A stretch of 64,000 nucleotides of DNA from Candidatus Tanganyikabacteria bacterium (GTDB lineage: Bacteria > Cyanobacteriota > Sericytochromatia > S15B-MN24 > VGJW01). Position 1 is the stretch's first letter. Each line of letters begins with the position of its first letter. Where the stretch lies: assembly GCA_016867235.1 (NCBI GenBank), contig VGJY01000001.1:4038-68037 (forward strand). The letters run 5' to 3'. The translations under genes were made by a program, and so were the position numbers. The notes under the pieces are model-generated. The model was not told where the DNA came from. It saw only the letters and a program-made list of their open reading frames with translations, and made no database searches. Below are positions 9,242-17,471 of this stretch, one piece after another.

Positions 9242-9414
9242 TGTCCCGCCGCGCTAATTCGTGGTGGGTTGCGGGCTGCGTTTTTCGGTCATGGCGAGGC
9301 GCACGAGAGCGCCGTGTACTTGAAGCGGCGCGGGTACACAAGCTCTCGGGCAACGAAGGCAGGGCCGAAAGGGCGCCGCCGAAGGCGCAACGAGTTAGTG
9401 CGGCGGGACACTAG
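9238..9414. mobile_element. MITE-like element (177 bp) with 15-bp perfect (24-bp imperfect) terminal inverted repeats CTAGTGTCCCGCCGC...GCGGCGGGACACTAG
   Basis: Perfect inverted repeat read at both ends; fills the whole intergenic gap between convergent genes and contains both stop codons (TAG 9239-9241; TAG on the minus strand 9411-9413). Interior is GC-rich with several local hairpins. Confidence 0.4.
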
Positions 9415-9881
9415 GGATAGCGGAACCGGCCGAACTGGTCGGCCAGGCCGCCCTGGACGTACGCCTCGCCCGAGAACGTCAGGGTGAGGCGACCATCGAT
9501 CTCTTCGAGGTAGCCGCGCTCCAAGGCGTCGCGCCATAGGTCTGGCGTGAACGCGTCGTCGGGAAACTCCGCATGCCAGGCCTTGTTGAGCTCCGAGAGG
9601 TCGTACTTCGACCGGCCCTCGTACTTTTCGAGGAAGTAGGCGAGGGTCAGCAGGCGATCGACCAGGCTTTCGGGCTCCTTGAGCGCGAGAAAGTCCTGGA
9701 ACGAGATGTTCTTGCGTACGCGGATGGGTTCGCGGTCGGGCAGCCGCTCGGGTTCGCGGACGGCCGGGTAGTTGAAGACCCTGGCCGCCCACTGGGCCAC
9801 GTGCTGCTCGACGAAATCGCGATCGCCGCGCACCTCGAATTCGAGGTCGCCGCGCCGCATCTTGAAGTGGTGCTCCGCCAC
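9411..9881 (-). CDS. Hypothetical protein (156 aa)
   Basis: ORF with strong GC3 bias; no recognisable family. Confidence 0.5.
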   Translation of the reverse strand: MAEHHFKMRRGDLEFEVRGDRDFVEQHVAQWAARVFNYPAVREPERLPDREPIRVRKNISFQDFLALKEPESLVDRLLTLAYFLEKYEGRSKYDLSELNKAWHAEFPDDAFTPDLWRDALERGYLEEIDGRLTLTFSGEAYVQGGLADQFGRFRYP

Positions 9882-9983
9882 GAGCAGATCTTACCCAATG
9901 GTCGGCCAACCGCCCGCCAGGTATGCTAAAATCGAACTTTCACCATAGATTCACGGCCAAGGAAAAATAGAGGTTTCGCGCGC

Positions 9984-10679
9984 ATGCCTTCCGTGAGCCA
10001 GATCCTGCGTCAAACTCGGGAAGCCAAGGGCATCACCCTCGACGATGTCGCCCACAAGACCTACATCAAGCTGCCCTACCTGATAGCGCTCGAAGAAGGC
10101 CACATCGACCAGCTTCTCGCCCCGGTGTTCGTCTACGGCAACATCCGCCAGTACGCCCGGTTGCTGGGCCTCAATGCCGAAGAACTCGTGCTGCAGTACC
10201 AGCAGGAAGCCAGGCGCGAGCATCCGAAGCTGGCGGCGATGCCCGTGCTGTCGACCGCCGACGCCGACCTCGTGCGCATCCCGGTCTATGCCATGGCCGA
10301 GGCCGGAAACGGCAACGGCAACCTGCGCGCCGGCGCCAACGGCCATGCCGAGCCGGAGACCGGCTCCGTGCCCGCCGACGACGTCCTGCAGCCGATCACG
10401 GCCGCCGAAGTCCACCTGGTCGAAAGGAAGGTGTCAATGGAGCGCCCCCACCCCGTCGCCTTCCAGGGCTCCGACAAGGACGTCGCCGCCGCGCAGACCG
10501 AGGCGCAGCGCATCGTCGCCGAGGCGCAGCGGGAAGCCGACCGCCTCCGGCGGGACGCCGAGAAGTACGCCTTCCAGGTCCTGTCCGATCTGGAGGCCGA
10601 GCTGGGCCGCACCCTGGCCATCATCAAGAATGGCCGGCAGTACCTCCAGCAGCGCCGCCGCCAGCGCCCGGACGCCTGA
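9984..10679 (+). CDS. Helix-turn-helix domain protein (RodZ-like N-terminus, coiled-coil C-terminus)
   Basis: N-terminus LRQTREAKGITLDDVAHKTYIKLPYLIALEEGHIDQLLAPVFVYGNIRQYARLLGL matches the XRE/RodZ HTH module. TGcTAAAAT extended -10 about 55 nt upstream. Confidence 0.65.
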   Translation: MPSVSQILRQTREAKGITLDDVAHKTYIKLPYLIALEEGHIDQLLAPVFVYGNIRQYARLLGLNAEELVLQYQQEARREHPKLAAMPVLSTADADLVRIPVYAMAEAGNGNGNLRAGANGHAEPETGSVPADDVLQPITAAEVHLVERKVSMERPHPVAFQGSDKDVAAAQTEAQRIVAEAQREADRLRRDAEKYAFQVLSDLEAELGRTLAIIKNGRQYLQQRRRQRPDA

Positions 10680-10850
10680 TAGCGCAGCTCGCATGACTTC
10701 GCTCCGGCATGGCGGCCGGCACGGAGGCCGGCCCCACCCGCCGCATCGGTGGCGCAGGCCTCCGTGCCTGCGGCAGAGAGGCGCTAGGCCAATTGAGAAG
10801 CGCTGCTATGGCGTCGCCGGCTGCTTCGTTACGCCGCTGCCTCCCGGCCT
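10677..10850. repeat. Interspersed ~170-bp element, copy 1, containing a conserved stem-loop (GCACGGAGGCC...GGCCTCCGTGC)
   Basis: About 85% identical over >110 nt (weaker to ~170 nt) to the reverse complement of 40610-40786. Both copies begin exactly at a TGA stop (TGATAGCGC.GCTC...). Occupies the convergent gap between the HTH gene and flhG. Confidence 0.5.
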
Positions 10851-11728
10851 TACTTGAAAAGAACCTTGCCCAGCCTCGCGAAGAAGCTCTCCCGGGCGAC
10901 CGGCGCGTGGGATAGGTCCTGCGCCAGGATGGACGCGGCCAGCATGTTCACGCGCTTGCTGGCCAGCGAGTAGGGGTACGCCCGCAGGAAGGGCTGCTGC
11001 TGCAGGACGCTGCGGCCGACGTTGCCGTCCTTCTCGACCCAGCCCAGCAGGCCCACGCGGACCGTGAGGAAGCGCTCGATGATGCCCGAAACCTTGGCGT
11101 GGACGCTGCGCGCCTCCTGCTCGGACTCGACCATGTTGACCACCAGCGAGATCCGCGCCTGCGGATTGCGGCTGTCGAGGGTCTTGATGATGCCGTAGGC
11201 GTCCACGATGGCCGTCGGCTCGGGGGTCGTCACGACCAGGACCTCGGGCGCCGCCAGGACGAAGCCCAGGACGTTTGGCGAGATGCCGGCCCCCGTGTCC
11301 ACCAGGAGCAGTTCGGCGGCGTTTTCGAGCGTCGCCAGTTGCGCGAGTGTGTTGCTCAGCACCGGGGCGTCCAGCGAGGCAAGCTGCGCCACGCCAGAGC
11401 CGCCCGGCACGACGGCGAGGAACGGATCGACCGGGAAGACGATTTCCCAGAGGCCCTTGCGGCCGGCGATCACGTCGGTGATGGTATATGGCGGCGAGAT
11501 GTTGAGGATGACGTCGACGTTGGCCATCCCCATGTCGGCGTCGAAGAGCAGGACGCGGCGGCGCCGCGCCGCCAGCGCCAGGGCCAGGTTGACCGTGAGG
11601 TTGGTCTTGCCGACGCCTCCCTTGCCCGACGTGACGACCAGGATGCGGCTGCGGGGCGGGGCGGCAAGCGGAGCTGCGGCGGCCGGCTGGCTGCCGACCA
11701 GCTCGCGGAGCCGGGCGGCCTGGTCCAC
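10850..11728 (-). CDS. flhG: Flagellar number regulator FlhG/FleN (MinD/ParA-family ATPase)
   Basis: Deviant Walker A VTSGKGGVGKT; MinD-like body; immediately downstream of flhF. Confidence 0.8.
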   Translation of the reverse strand: MDQAARLRELVGSQPAAAAPLAAPPRSRILVVTSGKGGVGKTNLTVNLALALAARRRRVLLFDADMGMANVDVILNISPPYTITDVIAGRKGLWEIVFPVDPFLAVVPGGSGVAQLASLDAPVLSNTLAQLATLENAAELLLVDTGAGISPNVLGFVLAAPEVLVVTTPEPTAIVDAYGIIKTLDSRNPQARISLVVNMVESEQEARSVHAKVSGIIERFLTVRVGLLGWVEKDGNVGRSVLQQQPFLRAYPYSLASKRVNMLAASILAQDLSHAPVARESFFARLGKVLFK

Positions 11729-11759
11729 TAGAGCCTCCTCGGCGGGGCCGGCAGGCGCC

Positions 11760-13121
11760 TCATGGCTGTCCGCCCAGCATGGCCGCGGCCAGGGCCTTCG
11801 CGTCGGCCTCGCGCAGGTCGTCGGGCACCGACTGGCCGTGCGTCATGTACGAGAGGGGCTTGCCGGAGGCCTGGACGGCCGAGACCACGGAGCCGAGCGT
11901 CGCCGCTTCGTCGGTCTTGGTGATCAGCAGCCGATCGACACCGACCTGCGAGAAGCTCTCGATCGCCCGCAGCAAGTTGGCCCGCGTGGCGGTGGCCGAC
12001 AGCACCAGGTGCACCTCGCGCCGCGGCAAGGCTTCCAGGAAGCTCCGCAGCTCGTTGAGGTGCAGCTTGTGCGACGGCGAGCGGCCGGCCGTGTCCACGA
12101 GGATCACCTCGCGGTCGGCCAGGCGGGCGGTCGCGTCGCGCAAAGCGCCCGGCGTCTGCACGACCTCGACGGGGATGCCGATGATGTCGCCGTAGGTCTT
12201 GAGCTGCTCCACGGCCGCGATGCGGTAGGTGTCGATGGTGATGAGGCCGACGGCGCGGCCGCCGAGGCGGAACGTCGCGGCCAGCTTGGCGATGGTGGTG
12301 GTCTTGCCCACGCCGGTGGGGCCCACGAGGATGACGATGGCGGGCCGGGTGCCGGCCTCGCCGGGGGCGATCGGCCCGGCCACCTTCACGAAGCCGGCGA
12401 TGACGTCGGGCAGGCGCTCGGTCATCTGCGTCTCGCCGGCGGCGCCCGCGGCATGCAGCTTCACCAGGGCCTGGCGGGCGAGGGCCGGGTCGAGATCCGC
12501 CTTGACGAGCTGATCGTAGACCTTCTGCTGCGCCGGGGTCCACGACCCCTTGGCGGGCGCCGCGGACTCGAGGCGCGAGACCGCGGCCTCGACCTTGTCG
12601 CCCAGCTTGTCGGCCACCTCGCCCACGGCCGTGCCCACCGCGCGGGACACGACGTCGCGCACCTGATCGCTCAGCTCGCCCAGCACGGCGGTCTTGACCT
12701 GCTCGGCCACCTGGGCCGCAATAGCCGGCGCCGCCGCCGGTAGGCTGCCGGATTGCGCTAGCGCCGCCTCGGCGATGGCCTTGAGCGGATTGCCGGTGGC
12801 GATGGCTGGCCGCTCGTCGGGAGCGGGTGCGTCCCAGGGCCCGATTCCGCCGGCGGGCGCGAGCGGCGCCGTCGGGGTGCGCCGGGGGGCGGGGGGCGGC
12901 CCGAACTCCTCGGGCTCCGGCTCGATCTCTCGCTTCTTGCGCGGCGGCGGGGTCGTGTCGACGGCCGCGAGGACTTCCACAACTTCCTTGCCGAAGAAGC
13001 CAAGGAAGCCGCCCTTGCGAAGCTTGCGCTGGTGCAGGATGACGGCGTCGGGTCCGAGATCGAGCTTGATCTTGATCAGCGCTTCCTGCACAGTAGGCGC
13101 CGTATACTGGCGGATCTTCAC
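11760..13121 (-). CDS. flhF: Flagellar biosynthesis GTPase FlhF
   Basis: SRP-type GTPase motifs (GPTGVGKTTTIAKLA, DTAGR, TKTDE); N-terminal B-domain KIRQYTAPTVQEAL; Pro/Ala linker. Start taken at in-frame GTG 13119-13121, which matches the canonical FlhF N-terminus. Confidence 0.85.
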   Translation of the reverse strand: MKIRQYTAPTVQEALIKIKLDLGPDAVILHQRKLRKGGFLGFFGKEVVEVLAAVDTTPPPRKKREIEPEPEEFGPPPAPRRTPTAPLAPAGGIGPWDAPAPDERPAIATGNPLKAIAEAALAQSGSLPAAAPAIAAQVAEQVKTAVLGELSDQVRDVVSRAVGTAVGEVADKLGDKVEAAVSRLESAAPAKGSWTPAQQKVYDQLVKADLDPALARQALVKLHAAGAAGETQMTERLPDVIAGFVKVAGPIAPGEAGTRPAIVILVGPTGVGKTTTIAKLAATFRLGGRAVGLITIDTYRIAAVEQLKTYGDIIGIPVEVVQTPGALRDATARLADREVILVDTAGRSPSHKLHLNELRSFLEALPRREVHLVLSATATRANLLRAIESFSQVGVDRLLITKTDEAATLGSVVSAVQASGKPLSYMTHGQSVPDDLREADAKALAAAMLGGQP

Positions 13122-13198
13122 CCGAGACCGCCTATCCAGCACCATCTGCTTCGTTGCGCTGCGCCCGCCCGGCCCGCGGCCTCGATCATTCCCCAGCG

Positions 13199-13495
13199 CT
13201 ACTTCTTCTCGGGTGCGGGCTTCTCGGGGGGCACGGGCGGCTTCTTGAGGGCCTGCTTGAGGAGGGCGCCGGCGCTCGGGACGGCCGACGTGGACTTCGC
13301 GGCGGCGGCGGCGGCCTGGGCGGCGCGTTCGTTCTCGGCCTTGATCTCGAGGTAGATTTCCTGCCGGTACACCGGGATGTCGCGCGGCGCCTTCAGGCCG
13401 ATCTTGACCGAGTCGCCCTTGATCTCGAGGACCACGACCTCGATGTCCTCGCCGATCATGATCGACTGGTTCGTCTTGCGGCTAAGAACTAGCAA
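13199..13495 (-). CDS. csrA: Carbon storage regulator CsrA (flagellar, FliW-partnered) with a ~25-aa Ala/Pro/Lys-rich C-terminal extension
   Basis: [48 protein letters not shown] is canonical CsrA; lies directly downstream of fliW. Confidence 0.9.
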   Translation of the reverse strand: MLVLSRKTNQSIMIGEDIEVVVLEIKGDSVKIGLKAPRDIPVYRQEIYLEIKAENERAAQAAAAAAKSTSAVPSAGALLKQALKKPPVPPEKPAPEKK

Positions 13496-13539
13496 TGAAT
13501 GGTCTCCCGGCCTCTGCGATCGTAATCAGTATAGCGGGG

Positions 13540-14001
13540 TCAGACGGTGACCGGGGGAGTCTGCGACGCGATGGTCTCGTCCGAGATCAGGCGGGCGCGG
13601 ACCGGGTAGCCCGAATCGTGCAGGACCAGTTGCTTGCCCAGGCGGGTGACCGGATTGATGACAAGCGGACCCAGCAAGTTGGCCGTCATGGCCGCGGGAT
13701 CCTCGGGGATGGTGACCAGTGCGAGTACCAGCGGTTCTTCGCCCTTGGCCAGTTGCAGGGCCTGGCGATCCTCGCCGCCGAGCGAGACCCGGTAATCCGG
13801 GAAGAAGAGCAGCGGATCGATGACCGTGAACGCCAAGGCGGGATCGTCGATAGGCTGGAACCACCGCAGCGGCGCCACTTCGTCCTGGTCTATCAGGAGG
13901 TAGCGCGTGAAATTCTCGAAGCCCAGGATGCCTCCCGCAAACGTCAGGAGGGCGGACTCCTCGAATTCGAGGGTGCCGAACTGTTGAGTTTCGATGTTCA
14001 C
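13540..14001 (-). CDS. fliW: Flagellar assembly factor FliW
   Basis: FliW family similarity (FGTLEFEE..LLTF..GILGFE...YLLI); position between flgL and csrA. Confidence 0.85.
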   Translation of the reverse strand: MNIETQQFGTLEFEESALLTFAGGILGFENFTRYLLIDQDEVAPLRWFQPIDDPALAFTVIDPLLFFPDYRVSLGGEDRQALQLAKGEEPLVLALVTIPEDPAAMTANLLGPLVINPVTRLGKQLVLHDSGYPVRARLISDETIASQTPPVTV

Positions 14002-14011
14002 GGCCTAAGTT

Positions 14012-14917
14012 CTACCTCAGGTAGTCGATCAGCGTTGGTTGGATGACGCGGGAGCCGGCGGCGAGCGAAGCGCGATAGACCGAATCCTGGCGGTTGAGGT
14101 CCGTGATGAGCTTGCTCATGTCGGCATCCTCCGTCTCGCTCTTGAACCTCGAGAGTTCGACGTTTTGATCGGACAAACGCTGCCGGAGCAACTCGAGGCG
14201 CTGGACCTTGCCCCCCACGACGGACTGCTCGGTCAAGAACACCTGCTGGCGCTTGTCGATGACCGGGATCAGATCCTCGATCGCCGCTTGATCGTTGGCC
14301 CGGAGGGCAGCCGAGAGATTGGACATGAGCTGGAAGACGTTGGTCGGGTCTGCGGGATCACTGCCAATGGCCTTGGTCCGCCCGAACACGTCCACTCCCA
14401 AGGTGTTGTATTGTATCGTGACCGCCTTTCCAATGACCAACTGCATCCTGGTCGTATCGGTCGGGTCGGAGGCGTCATCGGGATAGGGTTTGGTGGACGT
14501 GTCGGCCCCGTTGAACAGATAGCGGCCTTCGAAGTCGGAGTTGGCGATGGCGCGCAGGTGGCCGCTCATCTGGTCGATTTCGTTGGCGATGGCGTTGCGC
14601 TCGTCGGAGCTGTTGGTATCCGAAGCGGCGCGCACGGCCAGTTCGCGCACGCGTTGCAGCACTTCGTTGCCCTCGCTGATGGCCTTGTCGGTGGTGTTCA
14701 GCCACGTGATGGCGAACTCGGCGTTCTTCTTGAGCTGATCGCCCACGTCGATGGCCGAGCGCAATGTGAGCGCCTGCGAGAAGCGCACGGGCGCGTCGGT
14801 GGGCTTGTTGATGTCTCGCCCGGTCGACAGTTTCTCCTGGATCGCCAGCATGGCCGAGAGGTTGCGATTGAGGTTGAACAGCGTGGTGTTCGACAGGATG
14901 CTCTGCGTGACGCGCAA
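14012..14917 (-). CDS. flgL: Flagellar hook-associated protein 3 FlgL
   Basis: N-terminal flagellin-like MRVTQSILSNTTLFNLNRNLSAM and a C-terminal flagellin domain. Confidence 0.85.
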   Translation of the reverse strand: MRVTQSILSNTTLFNLNRNLSAMLAIQEKLSTGRDINKPTDAPVRFSQALTLRSAIDVGDQLKKNAEFAITWLNTTDKAISEGNEVLQRVRELAVRAASDTNSSDERNAIANEIDQMSGHLRAIANSDFEGRYLFNGADTSTKPYPDDASDPTDTTRMQLVIGKAVTIQYNTLGVDVFGRTKAIGSDPADPTNVFQLMSNLSAALRANDQAAIEDLIPVIDKRQQVFLTEQSVVGGKVQRLELLRQRLSDQNVELSRFKSETEDADMSKLITDLNRQDSVYRASLAAGSRVIQPTLIDYLR

Positions 14918-14923
14918 GACGCG

Positions 14924-16483
14924 TTACCTCCCCACGGTACCCATCTGGTTGATCACGCGATCGAGCAGGCCGTCGAACGTGTTGATCATGCGTGCCGAGG
15001 CCGCGTACGTGTGCTGGAACTTGATCATGTTGGCCATCTCTTCGTCGAGATTGACGCCCTGTACCGTCTGGCGCAGGTTGTCCACGTGCTCGAGGAGGGC
15101 CTTCTGGTTGTCCAGCAGTTTCTTGGACGTCTGGCCCTGCACGCCCAGGCTCGTCAGCACGTTGCGGTAGAAGTCTTCGGCGGTGAACTTGCCGGCCGTG
15201 ACGGCCGAGGCGATCGTGCCGTCCGTGACGAGCTTGAACTGGAGCTGCGAGATGGCCAGGGCCGTGCCGTTGTCGCCCTTGGGCGGCCAGGTCTCGGAGC
15301 CCGGGGCCCCGCCTGGCGCCCGGCCGGCGGCGATCAGGTCGAGGGCGGCGCCGCCGTTGGCCGAGAATACCGGATTGAGCGACATGTTCGAGGCGTTGAT
15401 GATGGTGGCGTTGAACTGCGACGCGACGCCCTTGCTGGAGTCGATCGTGAAGAAGTCCGGGCCGTAGCCGGGCTGGAGCGTGCTGCCGGCGCGGTGCAGG
15501 TCGTTGACCGAGGTGGCGAGCTTGTTGGCCAGCACATCGAGCTGGTACGCCAGGCCGCCGGGCGTGTTTGGCTGGATCGAGCCGGGCGGCACGACCGGCC
15601 GGCCGATCACCTTGTCGCGCATGTCGAAGAGGCCCTTGAAGATCCCGCCCATGTACGCCGGCGGGATGGGCTCCTTGTCGTAGGCGACCGAGTTGAAGGA
15701 AAGCTCGCCGTTGTTGACCAGCTCCAGCTTCTGGGCCTTGTCGCCCTGCACGACGGCCTTGCCGAAGATGAAGACCCACGTGGTGCCGTCGGAACGCTGG
15801 CTCTGCTCAAGGCGAGTATAGCGGCTCAGCTTGTCGAGAAGCAGGTCGCGCTGGTCCATCAGGTTGTTTGGCTGGACGTTGGCGCCGAGCGCCGCCGAGA
15901 TCTGGGCGTTGAGCTGGGCGAGCTGGTCGATCATCCCGTTGACGTCCTTGACCGCCGCGCCGATGCGATCGTCGATGTCCTCGCGGAGCTTGAGCAGGCC
16001 GGAGCCGATTTCGTTGAAGCGGTTGGTCATCGCCGTGCCGGTCTCGCGGAGATTCGCGCGGGCCGCGGCCTCGGTCGGGCGCTTGGAAACTTCGTTCCAG
16101 GCCTCCCAGTACTTGCTCATCAGCTTCTGGAGGCCGGTATCGGAGGGTTCGTTGAACAGGCCCTCGATCTGGTTCATGATCCCCGAAAACGTGTCCTGCT
16201 CGCCGTACTTCACCGTGACGTCGCGGAACTGCTGGTCGAGGAACTGGTCGCGGACGCGGGTCACCATCTCGACGTCGACGCCGCTCCCGAGCGAGGACTT
16301 CGTCGGGTCGGCCTGCAGCGTGAGGGGGAACGCCGAACTGGCCGCGGCGACCTTCACGGTCTGCCGCGAGAAGCCTTCGGTATTGGCGTTCGCGATGTCG
16401 TGGCCGGCGGTGTTGATGGCGTTCTGCGCCGCCCACAGGCCGCGCGTGGATAGATTGATGCCGGCGAAATTGAGATCGGCCAG
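14924..16483 (-). CDS. flgK: Flagellar hook-associated protein 1 FlgK
   Basis: C-terminus GVNLDEEMANMIKFQHTYAASARMINTFDGLLDRVIN is typical. The conserved N-terminus (ADLNFAGINLSTRGLWAAQNAINTAGHDIANANTEGFSRQ, aligning to B. subtilis FlgK residues 5-40) lies in frame upstream of the first ATG/GTG/TTG (16357). 5' end is therefore set at CTG 16481-16483, which sits 8 nt after a GGGGAGGG Shine-Dalgarno. Confidence 0.8.
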   Translation of the reverse strand: MADLNFAGINLSTRGLWAAQNAINTAGHDIANANTEGFSRQTVKVAAASSAFPLTLQADPTKSSLGSGVDVEMVTRVRDQFLDQQFRDVTVKYGEQDTFSGIMNQIEGLFNEPSDTGLQKLMSKYWEAWNEVSKRPTEAAARANLRETGTAMTNRFNEIGSGLLKLREDIDDRIGAAVKDVNGMIDQLAQLNAQISAALGANVQPNNLMDQRDLLLDKLSRYTRLEQSQRSDGTTWVFIFGKAVVQGDKAQKLELVNNGELSFNSVAYDKEPIPPAYMGGIFKGLFDMRDKVIGRPVVPPGSIQPNTPGGLAYQLDVLANKLATSVNDLHRAGSTLQPGYGPDFFTIDSSKGVASQFNATIINASNMSLNPVFSANGGAALDLIAAGRAPGGAPGSETWPPKGDNGTALAISQLQFKLVTDGTIASAVTAGKFTAEDFYRNVLTSLGVQGQTSKKLLDNQKALLEHVDNLRQTVQGVNLDEEMANMIKFQHTYAASARMINTFDGLLDRVINQMGTVGR

Positions 16484-16531
16484 GGTCTGGTGCCCTCCCC
16501 GTCACTCCCCCGAGTGCTGGTTTCCTGGATG

Positions 16532-17038
16532 CTAGGCGGTCCGGTTCAGGAGTACGCTACCGGACTTCGCGGGGCCCTCCTGTTCGGGCCCGTATAACAT
16601 ATCGGCAAGCCGCTCCTCTGGGTTGAGGATGCTCCCGATGACTTCCATCGAGTATTTGACGAATTCGAGGGACGTCGAAAGCAGGAGTTCGCAACGCTCG
16701 TTGCCCTCGCGCAGGCGCGCGGCCCGCTCCAGGAGCGCTTCGCGCAGCTTGGCGAGGCGTACCCGGGACGCCGCGGGGAGCCGATCGATGATGTCGGACA
16801 GCGGCGCGCCGGTCGGCAAGCCGATCTCGGCTGCGAGCTCCGCGGATGCGACGGCGCGGTCGCGCTCGAAGGCGCGCAACTTCTGCTGCTCTTCGGCTTC
16901 CCTGGCCAGGAAGCGCTCGAGAGAGGCGACCTGCCCGCGCTTGATGAGCGCCAGCTTGAGCGGAAGCCGGGTCAAAAACGCCGAGTAGCCCTTGGCCTCC
17001 GCCTCGAGGATCGACTCCAGGCGGGTCGTGTCGGCCAT
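16532..17038 (-). CDS. flgN: Flagellar chaperone FlgN family protein
   Basis: Size, coiled-coil character and position between flgM and flgK. Confidence 0.7.
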   Translation of the reverse strand: MADTTRLESILEAEAKGYSAFLTRLPLKLALIKRGQVASLERFLAREAEEQQKLRAFERDRAVASAELAAEIGLPTGAPLSDIIDRLPAASRVRLAKLREALLERAARLREGNERCELLLSTSLEFVKYSMEVIGSILNPEERLADMLYGPEQEGPAKSGSVLLNRTA

Positions 17039-17041
17039 GGG

Positions 17042-17356
17042 CTACTTTCTCAGGTCGTCGATGTCGAGTTGCTCGGCACCGCGTTCGATGATGGCGTTGG
17101 CGACCGACTCGCCGGTTGGTTTGTAGGTTCCCTTTTCGACGGCCTCGCGCAGCTGAGCCACCTTCTCGGCCCGGGTCGCAGGACCCGCCTTGATGGCGGC
17201 GCCGAAGACTTTCAGAGCCTCTGCCGGCCCGGAAAGTTCGACATTGACGGCAGCATCGGCGGCTTTAGGTGGTGCCTTGACCGCCTCGGCTTCCTTCTTC
17301 CGCTGTGTCGCGGCCACATCGCTCGTCTGAGCGATCAGACGCGGATCGATTCTCAC
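17042..17356 (-). CDS. flgM: Anti-sigma-28 factor FlgM
   Basis: 104 aa; conserved C-terminal FlgM region (KVAQLREAVEKGTYKPTGESVANAII); GTG start; sigma-28 promoter upstream. Confidence 0.75.
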   Translation of the reverse strand: MRIDPRLIAQTSDVAATQRKKEAEAVKAPPKAADAAVNVELSGPAEALKVFGAAIKAGPATRAEKVAQLREAVEKGTYKPTGESVANAIIERGAEQLDIDDLRK

Positions 17357-17401
17357 GGTGTATCACCCCGATTTCACTTGGGATGCCCTGTCCCAATCAT
17401 C

Positions 17402-17429
17402 CTATCGGCTCCGATTCTCCGGAACTTTA
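17402..17429 (-). promoter_or_regulatory. Sigma-28 (FliA) class III flagellar promoter: TAAAGTTC-N12-GCCGATAG
   Basis: The minus strand reads TAAAGTTCcggagaatcggaGCCGATAG, ending 46 nt upstream of the flgM GTG; matches the TAAAGTTT-N11-GCCGATAA consensus. Confidence 0.55.
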
Positions 17430-17471
17430 GGGCCAATCCGCGAGGGCATCTCGGCAGGATGCGCGGTAACT

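Noticed and set aside
9238-9414. tRNA, SRP RNA or 6S RNA in the ppiB-downstream element
   Set aside because: No cloverleaf or anticodon-arm features. The conserved SRP helix-8 motif (GGAAGCAGCCAAGG) is not present. 6S cannot be excluded but there is no supporting signature.
14039-16453. 804-aa plus-strand ORF antisense to flgL/flgK
   Set aside because: Shadow ORF opposite two well-supported flagellar genes; no protein-like features.
15807-16505. 232-aa minus-strand ORF starting at GTG 16505 and overlapping the flgK 5' region in another frame
   Set aside because: The translation is Arg/His-rich junk. The FlgK-like N-terminal residues are encoded in the flgK frame, not this one.
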